From IMG/VR virus record IMGVR_UViG_2541047595_000013: DNA of 29,069 nt. One strand, 5' to 3'. Made by a program: the position numbers and the translations under genes. Positions 1 to 7,552 of this stretch are shown here, piece after piece (position 1 is the first letter of the stretch; each line of letters starts with the position of its first letter). The notes below the pieces were generated by a model. The model was given only the letters and a program-made list of their open reading frames with translations. It was not told the DNA's origin and did no database searches. The DNA is from a virus (lineage: Duplodnaviria; Heunggongvirae; Uroviricota; Caudoviricetes).

Positions 1-91
1 AGAAAAAGCTTATTATGCTTCCATCGGAAACGATGATCTGGCAGCCTGAGTTCACAGATAAAACACTCTCCAGGAAACCCGGGGCGGTTCA
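1..91 (+). mobile_element. Partial IS3-family (IS629/IS1203-like) element: right terminus with 3' end of orfB (…EKAYYASIGNDDLAA*, stop at 47-49) and terminal inverted repeat ending …GGTTCA
   Basis: Bases 1-91 match bases 28686-28776 (right end of the complete IS copy) with 2 mismatches; similarity stops exactly at the IS terminus (…ggttca), after which the flanks differ. Confidence 0.85.
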
Positions 92-116
92 GCAAGCTAT
101 ACGGGGATGATGATTA

Positions 117-1601
117 ATGGCCAGAAGTTGCGTAACGGATCCACGTTGGCGCGAGCTGGTGGCGCTATATCGTTATGACTGGATTGCTGCCGCTGATGTT
201 TTGTTCGGCAAAACACCTACCTGGCAGCAGGATCTGATTATTGAGTCTGTGCAGGAACAGGGTAGCAAGACATCTGTTTCGTCTGGTCACGGTACCGGGA
301 AATCAGACATGACTTCTATCATGATCATGTTGTTCATAATCATGTATCCCGGTGCCCGCGCCATTATCGTTGCGAACAAAATTCAGCAGGTAATGACCGG
401 TATATTCAAGTACATCAAGATAAACTGGGCTACTGCCACCAGCCGTTTTCCATGGCTTGCTGATTATTTTGTTCTGACAGAAACCGCTTTCTATGAGGTT
501 ACTGGTAAAGGTGTATGGACTGTAGTACCGAAGGGCTTTCGTCTGGGAAGTGAAGAAGCTCTCGCCGGTGAACACGCAGATCATCTTCTGTATATTATCG
601 ATGAAGCCTCCGGTGTCAGTGATAGAGCTTTCGGTATCATCACCGGTGCTCTTACCGGACAGGATAACCGCATCTTATTACTGTCACAGCCTACACGCCC
701 AAGCGGCTATTTCTACGATACTCACCATAAACTGGCCAAGCGTCCTGGTAACCCTGATGGCGTTTATACGGCGATCACGCTTAACAGTGAGGAATCACCG
801 CTGGTAACTCCAGCATTTATCAAAATGAAGCTGGCGGAGTACGGCGGGCGTGATAACCCTATGTACATGATTAAGGTACGCGGACTATTCCCTAAATCAC
901 AGGATGGCTTCCTTCTTGGACGTGATGAGGTTGAACGTGCGACGCGGCGGAAAGTCAAGATTGCCAAAGGATGGGGCTGGCTTGCATGTGTGGACGTTGC
1001 TGGTGGTACGGGACGGGATAAGTCCGTTATCAATATCATGATGGTGTCCGGCCAGAGAAATAAACGCCGTGTAATCAACTATCGAATGCTGGAATACACA
1101 GACGTTACAGAAACGCAGCTTGCCGCCAAAATTTTCGCAGAATGTAATCCTGAGCGATTCCCAAATATCACCATAGCGATAGACGGCGATGGGCTGGGTA
1201 AAGCAACGGCGGATCTGATGTACGAGTATTATGGTATTACCGTACAGCGTATACGCTGGGGTAAAAAGATGCATAGCCGTGAAGATAAGAGCCTGTACTT
1301 TGATAAACGTGCTTATGCCAACGTTCAAGCCGCAGAGGCCGTAAAATCTGGTCGTATGAGACTGGATAAGGGTAATGAAACTATTGAGGAAGCGTCGAAA
1401 ATCCCTGTAGGGATTAACTCCGCAGGTCAATGGAAGGTGATGAGTAAGGAGGATATGAAGAAAAAACTCAACCTGCACTCACCAGACCATTGGGATACAT
1501 ATTGTTTCGCTATGCTGGCGGATTATGTTCCCCAGGATGAAGTGCTTAGCGTCAAAGACGAAGCGCAGGTTGATGAAGCTCTGGCATGGCTTAATGAATA
1601 A
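117..1601 (+). CDS. pacB: Terminase large subunit (P1 PacB-like)
   Basis: 494-aa ORF with Walker A-like SGHGTGKS and Walker B-like [10 protein letters not shown] ATPase motifs; position directly upstream of c1/coi/loxP/cre as remembered for P1 pacB. Confidence 0.7.
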   Translation: MARSCVTDPRWRELVALYRYDWIAAADVLFGKTPTWQQDLIIESVQEQGSKTSVSSGHGTGKSDMTSIMIMLFIIMYPGARAIIVANKIQQVMTGIFKYIKINWATATSRFPWLADYFVLTETAFYEVTGKGVWTVVPKGFRLGSEEALAGEHADHLLYIIDEASGVSDRAFGIITGALTGQDNRILLLSQPTRPSGYFYDTHHKLAKRPGNPDGVYTAITLNSEESPLVTPAFIKMKLAEYGGRDNPMYMIKVRGLFPKSQDGFLLGRDEVERATRRKVKIAKGWGWLACVDVAGGTGRDKSVINIMMVSGQRNKRRVINYRMLEYTDVTETQLAAKIFAECNPERFPNITIAIDGDGLGKATADLMYEYYGITVQRIRWGKKMHSREDKSLYFDKRAYANVQAAEAVKSGRMRLDKGNETIEEASKIPVGINSAGQWKVMSKEDMKKKLNLHSPDHWDTYCFAMLADYVPQDEVLSVKDEAQVDEALAWLNE

Positions 1602-1625
1602 CTCATTGACCATGCCGGATGGAAA

Positions 1626-2477
1626 CTATTGCGCGCTTTCGGGGTTGTCGTTTACTGGCTGCCCTTTCTTAGTTTTACGGCTGCGCGTAACTGATGCGGC
1701 TGATTTGACCTTTTTCTCTTCGCGAGTGATGGCAATTTGTTTTTTTACATTTTCAATATCTGCCAGGCGATATATTTTTGCCTGCGGCCAGCGGTCGCAG
1801 ATGATCGGTTCTATAGAGTCATAAAGGCTAAATTTTGCTTTCTCGAATTCACCGTTGATGATGATTCCATCACGGAGAGTTTCATCGCAGATAAACACAC
1901 CACACAGCGGCACATGGTAACTAACTGATTTACCATCATTGTAGTTAGGGCTACTGGAAATGTAATGGACGCGCAGCATTGTTTCGCTAAAGCCGTGTAC
2001 ACGCATACGGAATTTTTCATCCTCCGGGTACTGCTTCATTAGCTCTTTTGTTGCTTCCAGGTTCTCTATGTATTTCGCACTGTGCTCATTGATCCCCGCG
2101 CTTTTCTGGATGCGAATGTCCTTATCAATCAGATGAATAATGCGGCCAGCGGTCATGTTGACGCTGTTCACAGCTTCTGTCTGATAAGTTGTAACCTTAC
2201 GCACACCGCGAAGGATGTTAGGCACTGGATATAAAATAGTCTTTGGGATATTGAGGTCTGGGTACTGTTCCAGTTCCCGCGCCATTAAAGTCCATTTATC
2301 AATTTCAGCCTGAATGCTGTCCGTTTCTTTGAACGGCAGAACGACAACCGGGCGAACAGGACGACCGTCGCTGGCGGCATCAACGTGTTGGGCGCGTGCA
2401 ACAGCTTTTTTTAGAAAGAGATCCCTGAAGCTGACGAACTCCTGGTACAGTTGTTCGCCGTAGACATAATTTATCAT
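1626..2477 (-). CDS. c1: C1 repressor of lysogeny (P1 C1-like, 283 aa)
   Basis: 283-aa ORF, size and N-terminus (MINYVYGEQLYQEF…) recalled as P1 C1; strong SD GGAGGAGGA 4 nt before ATG; sits in immC next to coi and operator sites. Confidence 0.85.
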   Translation of the reverse strand: MINYVYGEQLYQEFVSFRDLFLKKAVARAQHVDAASDGRPVRPVVVLPFKETDSIQAEIDKWTLMARELEQYPDLNIPKTILYPVPNILRGVRKVTTYQTEAVNSVNMTAGRIIHLIDKDIRIQKSAGINEHSAKYIENLEATKELMKQYPEDEKFRMRVHGFSETMLRVHYISSSPNYNDGKSVSYHVPLCGVFICDETLRDGIIINGEFEKAKFSLYDSIEPIICDRWPQAKIYRLADIENVKKQIAITREEKKVKSAASVTRSRKTKKGQPVNDNPESAQ

Positions 2478-2500
2478 TGATCCTCCTCCAGAATTGACAT

Positions 2501-2541
2501 GGCCAACAACTCACAGCGGATTACACTGGGAGTTGTTGGCC
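2501..2541. repeat. 12-bp perfect inverted repeat (ggccaacaactc … gagttgttggcc) with 17-bp spacer in the coi-c1 intergenic region / c1 5' leader
   Basis: Read directly from the sequence; arms at 2501-2512 and 2530-2541 are exact reverse complements. Confidence 0.6.
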
Positions 2542-2587
2542 ACCATTATAGAAGGATCCAACGAAAATAATAGATTTATTAGTGCAT

Positions 2588-2797
2588 TTATTGTGAGTCT
2601 GGCTGGTTAGTGGCCATGAGATATTCGATTGTGTCAGTGAGATCATCCAGGTCGTCTTGGGTGATGCGGTACTCCTGATTGGATATCTTTGAGTAGTGTT
2701 CAGCAATGGCGCGGGCAGCGTCGGTTTCGGCGGGGTCTACAGATAAAGCGTTAGAGCAATGTCTAACGTCGTCGATGGTTGGTGGAATGAAAGCCAT
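2588..2797 (-). CDS. coi: C1 inactivator Coi-like protein (69 aa)
   Basis: 69-aa ORF immediately upstream of c1 on the same strand, matching the remembered P1 coi-c1 arrangement and size. Confidence 0.7.
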   Translation of the reverse strand: MAFIPPTIDDVRHCSNALSVDPAETDAARAIAEHYSKISNQEYRITQDDLDDLTDTIEYLMATNQPDSQ

Positions 2798-3036
2798 AAT
2801 TATGCCTCACTGTATTGACAACACAGAGCCTGAAGCTCTGACCTACTGTTTCACCCATGATCCATGCTGGGGTAATCTAACAACATTGCGCTGTGTGTAA
2901 GATGAGCAATGCATAGCTGTAATGCCGTTGTATAAGGTTTCCCTGTTTGCTCATTTCCTTCTGAGCCGCTCTACAACGCTGAAGACACATTAAATAGTGA
3001 ATCCAAAGTCGTATTACGAAACGGCGGCAAAACTAT

Positions 3037-3052
3037 AATTTATTAGAGCAAT
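3037..3052 (-). promoter_or_regulatory. C1 operator (Op99-type), minus orientation
   Basis: Reverse complement reads ATTGCTCTAATAAATT, matching the remembered asymmetric C1 operator consensus ATTGCTCTAATAAATTT. Confidence 0.7.
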
Positions 3053-3118
3053 TGTCAAACAACTATGAAAAACAATCCAGTTTTTGGCTGGTGGAGTGGG
3101 ATTTTTCTCTCAAAATTT

Positions 3119-3135
3119 ATTGCTCTAATAATTCT
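3119..3135 (+). promoter_or_regulatory. C1 operator (Op99-type), plus orientation
   Basis: ATTGCTCTAATAATTCT; 13/17 identical to the C1 operator consensus; paired with the oppositely oriented site at 3037-3052 upstream of coi/c1. Confidence 0.65.
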
Positions 3136-3178
3136 TGATTTTTATGCGCAGCTGGACGTAAACTCCTCTTCAGACCTA

Positions 3179-3212
3179 ATAACTTCGTATAGCATACATT
3201 ATACGAAGTTAT
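3179..3212. other. loxP: loxP site-specific recombination site (Cre target)
   Basis: Exact 34-bp sequence ATAACTTCGTATA-GCATACAT-TATACGAAGTTAT (13-bp inverted repeats, 8-bp asymmetric spacer), about 420 bp upstream of cre. Confidence 0.97.
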
Positions 3213-3231
3213 CTTAAGGGTTATTGAACAT

Positions 3232-3304
3232 GATCAATTTACCTGTAAATCCATACAGTTCAATACCTTATCAGGTCAAATAGTGATCACTTGATCATTT
3301 GATC
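3232..3304. promoter_or_regulatory. cre regulatory region with clustered Dam (GATC) sites
   Basis: Four GATC sites within 73 bp (3232, 3285, 3293, 3301) between loxP and cre; cre promoters are reported to be Dam-methylation sensitive. Confidence 0.55.
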
Positions 3305-3401
3305 AAGGTTGCGCTACGTAAAATCTGCGAAATGTTGGCAGTGTTAGTGCTCCAGATTTCGCGTAGCGCACTTAGCACCACCAATCAATCAGAGGTGAAA
3401 A

Positions 3402-3623
3402 ATGGGATATTCAGCTGCTAAAGTGTCCACTCATCTTGAGCTTGAGAAAAACCGTGGTTACTGGCGGGCAAAAGGGTTTGATCGTGATAGTTGCCAACTG
3501 TCATTATCGCGCGGTGAAGAGAAAATAGAACGCACGCGCGGTCGCTGGCGTTTCTATGACGAGAACCATAAACAGGTAAAGGCAGAGCCGATCCTGTACA
3601 CTTTACTTAAAACCATTATCTGA
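3402..3623 (+). CDS. Hypothetical small basic protein (73 aa) between loxP and cre
   Basis: ORF with a strong SD (GAGGTG) about 7 nt before ATG; stop lies 8 nt before the cre start codon. No recognisable family. Confidence 0.35.
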   Translation: MGYSAAKVSTHLELEKNRGYWRAKGFDRDSCQLSLSRGEEKIERTRGRWRFYDENHKQVKAEPILYTLLKTII

Positions 3624-3630
3624 GTGTTAA

Positions 3631-4662
3631 ATGTCCAATTTACTGACCGTACACCAAAATTTGCCTGCATTACCGGTCGATGCAACGAGTGATGAGGTTC
3701 GCAAGAACCTGATGGACATGTTCAGGGATCGCCAGGCGTTTTCTGAGCATACCTGGAAAATGCTTCTGTCCGTTTGCCGGTCGTGGGCGGCATGGTGCAA
3801 GTTGAATAACCGGAAATGGTTTCCCGCAGAACCTGAAGATGTTCGCGATTATCTTCTATATCTTCAGGCGCGCGGTCTGGCAGTAAAAACTATCCAGCAA
3901 CATTTGGGCCAGCTAAACATGCTTCATCGTCGGTCCGGGCTGCCACGACCAAGTGACAGCAATGCTGTTTCACTGGTCATGCGGCGGATTCGAAAAGAAA
4001 ACGTTGATGCCGGTGAACGTGCAAAACAGGCATTGGCGTTCGAACGCACTGATTTCGACCAGGTTCGTTCACTCATGGAAAATAGCGATCGCTGCCAGGA
4101 TATACGTAATCTGGCATTTCTTGGGATTGCTTATAATACCCTGCTACGTATAGCAGAAATTGCCAGGATCAGGGTTAAAGATATCTCACGTACTGACGGT
4201 GGGAGAATGTTAATCCATATTGGCAGAACGAAAACGCTGGTTAGCACCGCAGGTGTAGAGAAGGCACTTAGCCTGGGGGTAACTAAACTGGTCGAGCGAT
4301 GGATTTCTGTCTCTGGTGTAGCTGATGATCCGAATAACTACCTGTTTTGCCGGGTCAGAAAAAATGGTGTTGCCGCGCCATCTGCCACCAGCCAGCTATC
4401 AACTCGCGCCCTGGAAGGGATTTTTGAAGCAACTCATCGATTGATTTACGGCGCTAAGGATGACTCTGGTCAGAGATACCTGGCCTGGTCTGGACACAGT
4501 GCCCGTGTCGGAGCAGCGCGAGATATGGCCCGCGCTGGAGTTTCAATACCGGAGATCATGCAAGCTGGTGGCTGGACCAATGTAAATATTGTCATGAACT
4601 ATATCCGTAACCTGGATAGTGAAACAGGGGCAATGGTGCGCCTGCTGGAAGATGGCAATTAG
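3631..4662 (+). CDS. cre: Cre tyrosine site-specific recombinase
   Basis: 343-aa protein recognised essentially residue-for-residue as P1 Cre (MSNLLTVHQNLPALPVDATSDEVRKNLMDMFRDRQAFSEHTWKMLLSVCRSWAAW…), with the catalytic tyrosine-recombinase C-terminal region. Confidence 0.98.
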   Translation: MSNLLTVHQNLPALPVDATSDEVRKNLMDMFRDRQAFSEHTWKMLLSVCRSWAAWCKLNNRKWFPAEPEDVRDYLLYLQARGLAVKTIQQHLGQLNMLHRRSGLPRPSDSNAVSLVMRRIRKENVDAGERAKQALAFERTDFDQVRSLMENSDRCQDIRNLAFLGIAYNTLLRIAEIARIRVKDISRTDGGRMLIHIGRTKTLVSTAGVEKALSLGVTKLVERWISVSGVADDPNNYLFCRVRKNGVAAPSATSQLSTRALEGIFEATHRLIYGAKDDSGQRYLAWSGHSARVGAARDMARAGVSIPEIMQAGGWTNVNIVMNYIRNLDSETGAMVRLLEDGN

Positions 4663-4679
4663 CCATTAACGCGTAAATG

Positions 4680-4696
4680 ATTGCTCTAATTCTTTG
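4680..4696 (+). promoter_or_regulatory. C1 operator-like site downstream of cre
   Basis: ATTGCTCTAATTCTTTG, 13/17 match to the C1 operator consensus, just upstream of the ORF at 4713. Confidence 0.55.
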
Positions 4697-4712
4697 ATAT
4701 TTATGGTGGTAT

Positions 4713-5024
4713 ATGAGAAAGGATTTCAACATCGACGGAAAATATGTAGTGCTGTCTGTAAGCACTAATATTCTGTCGCCATCTGTCATTGTCACCGTAA
4801 AGTTGAGCGATAGGATGCCTGATATCGACTCGATATCTGTTGCGTTCCCCGTTAAAAGCATGCGGAGTGCTGAACATTTTGTGATGAATGCAACGGAGGA
4901 GGAAGCGCGGCGCGGGCTTACTAGAGTGATGGGGGAATTTGGCGAACTCCTGGGTAAGGTAAACAATGCCCTTTCAATCAGTTCAGCAAGGTCCAAAGCG
5001 TTAACCGCTTCCATGATGAAATAA
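4713..5024 (+). CDS. Hypothetical protein (103 aa); by position corresponds to P1 cra
   Basis: ORF immediately downstream of cre and of an operator-like site; assignment is by synteny only. Confidence 0.4.
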   Translation: MRKDFNIDGKYVVLSVSTNILSPSVIVTVKLSDRMPDIDSISVAFPVKSMRSAEHFVMNATEEEARRGLTRVMGEFGELLGKVNNALSISSARSKALTASMMK

Positions 5025-5030
5025 AAAAAA

Positions 5031-5049
5031 GCCTGGCAAGGAGCCAGGC
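5031..5049 (-). terminator. Stem-loop GCCTGGC-AAGGA-GCCAGGC preceded by A8 on the plus strand (a U-tract follows only on the minus-strand transcript)
   Basis: Perfect 7-bp stem read from the sequence; A8 at 5023-5030. Confidence 0.4.
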
Positions 5050-5156
5050 TGCACAAAAGAGCGGGTTTGTATTCCGCATCCAATCAATCAAGAAGGAGTA
5101 TAGCACACAGGTACTGAAGTGAAAAAATGTGATTCGCGAGAAACAAAATATATACC

Positions 5157-5186
5157 ATTGCTCTAATTGATTGCTATAATTTGGCC
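5157..5186 (+). promoter_or_regulatory. Tandem overlapping C1 operators (Op2a/Op2b-like) with embedded TATAAT
   Basis: ATTGCTCTAATTGATTGCTATAATTTGGCC contains two overlapping ATTGCT(C/A)TAAT operator cores upstream of ref. Confidence 0.7.
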
Positions 5187-5240
5187 GCAGTTTTTGTCAA
5201 CTACGAAGACGTTGCCATTACTTCACTCCTTGACATCATT

Positions 5241-5266
5241 GGCGGCCATTAGGCCGCCTTTTTTTT
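5241..5266 (+). terminator. Rho-independent terminator/attenuator-like hairpin (GGCGGCC-ATTA-GGCCGCC) followed by T8
   Basis: Perfect 7-bp GC-rich stem plus T8 run, located between the operator pair and the ref ATG (5272). Confidence 0.55.
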
Positions 5267-5271
5267 GCCAT

Positions 5272-5832
5272 ATGAAAACAATCGAACAAAAACTTGAACA
5301 GCGCCGCGAGTGGCAGAAGGCAGCCAGAGAACGAGCGATCGCTCGGCAACGGGAAAAGTTGGCTGACCCCGCCTGGCGAGAATCGCAATATCAGAAAATG
5401 CGGGATTCTATCGACCGCCGTATCGCTAAACAGAAAGAGCGCCCACCAGCCAGCAAAACGCGGAAAAGTGCGGTAAAAATAAAATCTCGTGGCTTGAAGG
5501 GGCGAACACCGACGGAGGAGGAACAGACTATCGCCAATGCTCTTGGCACTCTCCCCTGCATTGCCTGCTACATGCATGGAGTAATATCTGAAGAGGTGTC
5601 TCTGCACCATATCTCCGGTCGTACCGCGCCGGGTTGTCACAAAAAGCAATTGCCCCTTTGCAGATGGCACCACCAGCATGCAGCACCGGCTGAAGTAAGA
5701 GAAAAATACCCCTGGCTGGTCCCTGTTCATGCCGATGGCGTGGTAGGAGGCAAGAAAGAATTCACCTTGTTGAACAAGTCAGAGATGGAGTTGCTGGCTG
5801 ACGCCTATGAAATGGCAAACATCATGCACTAA
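5272..5832 (+). CDS. ref: Ref-like recombination enhancement protein (HNH-type nuclease fold), 186 aa
   Basis: ATG at 5272 gives a 186-aa protein with Cys/His-rich HNH-like motifs (CIACYMHG … LHHISGR … CRWHHQH); C1-operator-controlled as remembered for P1 ref. The ORF-track start at 5167 is a TTG inside the operator. Confidence 0.7.
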   Translation: MKTIEQKLEQRREWQKAARERAIARQREKLADPAWRESQYQKMRDSIDRRIAKQKERPPASKTRKSAVKIKSRGLKGRTPTEEEQTIANALGTLPCIACYMHGVISEEVSLHHISGRTAPGCHKKQLPLCRWHHQHAAPAEVREKYPWLVPVHADGVVGGKKEFTLLNKSEMELLADAYEMANIMH

Positions 5833-6020
5833 TAAATATATTATTTTTAATCTTAAATGATTGACAACTGACAAGTGACTTGAGTCAGAATCATCACACG
5901 CCCGGTACGGATGGATCCCTTTTCAAATATTCCATGGACGGCACAGTCTGAGTACCGGGCGCTACCTTCAGTTGTATTGCTAAGCCGCCGCTGGTGGCTT
6001 TTCTTTTTTGTAGGGGCGCT

Positions 6021-6662
6021 ATGGATAAGAAAATATGCGTTGTTTCGATGAGCGTCGGCAAACCGGCGTCAATGACTGCTGCATGGATCAACAACGAGCT
6101 GATAATGGCTGAGCGGACCAGCTACCCTGAACGCCGCCGCGACATGGAACTCCAGCTGCTGCGCGAATTGCGAGAAAAAGAGGAAAAGGGTTTTATCGTG
6201 CTGGTGGAAGAGGAAAACAGCTTTATTACTGGTCGAGTTGGCCAGCGTGTAAGGTTGCGCGATCCCTTCATGAACGGCAGGCCGGTACTGATTGAAGCAA
6301 TGCAGATTTACAAGGAGCTGGAACGCCAGAAAGCGATCAAGTTACCGCGCAAGGAATCCGGCAAATACATCCTCCACCAAAGCATCTTCGATTCCGAACA
6401 CGATAAAAAAGGCGATGAATTTTTCAACATCAACTGGAGCGAAATAACGACAGAGCATGTTCTGACGTTACTATGTTGCTTTGCGACGGAATACAACAAC
6501 GTTGCCAGCGCCGACTACATCAGGGCAATGGCTGGAGAAGTTGAAGCCCGCCAGGAACCATCGTTACTAAGTCCACTTATTAACATAATTCTGGGTACCC
6601 AGACACTGGAACAAAAAAAAGTGCCGAAAGGGGTATTAACAGGCAAGCATAATTATTTCTAA
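6021..6662 (+). CDS. Hypothetical protein (213 aa); by position corresponds to P1 mat
   Basis: ORF following ref on the same strand; internal ATG at 6021 (MDKKICVV…) preferred over the track start at 5994. Synteny-based only. Confidence 0.45.
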   Translation: MDKKICVVSMSVGKPASMTAAWINNELIMAERTSYPERRRDMELQLLRELREKEEKGFIVLVEEENSFITGRVGQRVRLRDPFMNGRPVLIEAMQIYKELERQKAIKLPRKESGKYILHQSIFDSEHDKKGDEFFNINWSEITTEHVLTLLCCFATEYNNVASADYIRAMAGEVEARQEPSLLSPLINIILGTQTLEQKKVPKGVLTGKHNYF

Positions 6663-6828
6663 TAATTTATAGTGGGGACTTTTGATGGTGTAAAACCCCA
6701 TGAATTATTATTTTTTAGTTTTTTGATTCTATTTTTTTTTGCATTACCCGTCATAAAAATGAGCTTGCTTACATAATAGAAAATTATTTTATCAACACTA
6801 TTACAACAAACGATTATCACTGATAACA

Positions 6829-6852
6829 TGAGTCCTTTGAAAACAAAGGACT
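6829..6852 (+). repeat. Perfect 10-bp-stem hairpin (gagtcctttg-aaaa-caaaggactc) 10 nt upstream of the GNAT start codon
   Basis: Read directly from the sequence. Confidence 0.6.
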
Positions 6853-6861
6853 CACCATACT

Positions 6862-7470
6862 ATGTCTAATACCTCGGCAAATGAAATTGTACCGCACTTA
6901 CCGCTAATTTTCGAAAATGAAGCTAATGGGATTCTTCAGGATCTGGCCTATACTCCATCGCTTATGGGGTTGATGATGTTCCCGACAGAAGAGGAGCTGA
7001 AAGCAGCGAGAAGCTACATAATTAACGTTTTTGAAGAGTGTTACCGAGCCGGTCATTTGCGCATTATGGGCTTTACTAATGAAGAAAACTTGTTCGGATA
7101 CGCCTTAATCTTCGGACATCCATCGGGAAATTTTCCGTTGTACTGTCATAAAATATATGTATATGAGCAATATCGTGGTAATGGACTTGGAAGTAATATA
7201 CTGGCAGAAATACTTGCATTTCCAAATGAGGTCGCTTTGATTTGCCAGTCTGATTTGGTTCCTTTTTATGAATCAGCCGGAATGCACTTTAAAGGAAATT
7301 ACACCACTCCATCAGTCGCCAATTTCAAAAAAACTCGCGGCATGTATGAGGGGCTTTGTTTGATGAGCACTGAAAAAAATGCAAACTCTAATGGTGTACC
7401 TATATTCATGCTGAACGATAACGATATTGATAACATCATACAGGCTATCGCATCATCGGCACCACGATAA
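6862..7470 (+). CDS. GNAT-family N-acetyltransferase (202 aa), lone gene in an AT-rich segment
   Basis: Contains the GNAT acetyl-CoA-binding motif Q-x-x-G-x-G (YVYEQYRGNGLGSNILAEIL) followed by a FYESAGM motif-B-like segment; flanked by AT-rich DNA; on the opposite strand to surrounding backbone genes. Confidence 0.65.
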   Translation: MSNTSANEIVPHLPLIFENEANGILQDLAYTPSLMGLMMFPTEEELKAARSYIINVFEECYRAGHLRIMGFTNEENLFGYALIFGHPSGNFPLYCHKIYVYEQYRGNGLGSNILAEILAFPNEVALICQSDLVPFYESAGMHFKGNYTTPSVANFKKTRGMYEGLCLMSTEKNANSNGVPIFMLNDNDIDNIIQAIASSAPR

Positions 7471-7525
7471 TATTAATAATTCATCTCGCCGCAGGAACTA
7501 CAAACCAGTTGATTGTTTGTGAAAC

Positions 7526-7543
7526 GCCCGGTGCAAACCGGGC
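7526..7543. terminator. Hairpin (GCCCGGT-GCAA-ACCGGGC) between the convergent GNAT and lxc-position genes; possible bidirectional terminator
   Basis: Perfect 7-bp stem; no strong U-tract on either strand. Confidence 0.35.
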
Positions 7544-7552
7544 CAACAAAAC

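Noticed and set aside
303-1478. Minus-strand ORFs (93, 104 and 193 aa) overlapping pacB
   Set aside because: Embedded antisense in the terminase gene, which carries clear ATPase motifs; considered spurious.
5167-5271. N-terminal extension of ref from an upstream TTG start
   Set aside because: The extension starts inside the C1 operator pair and spans the terminator hairpin and T8; the ATG at 5272 gives the expected 186-aa Ref.
6862-7470. GNAT as the toxin of a classical two-gene GNAT/RHH toxin-antitoxin pair
   Set aside because: No plausible antitoxin ORF of 60 aa or more immediately upstream or downstream on the same strand; only a 13-codon leader ORF. A solo toxin or non-toxin acetyltransferase remains possible.
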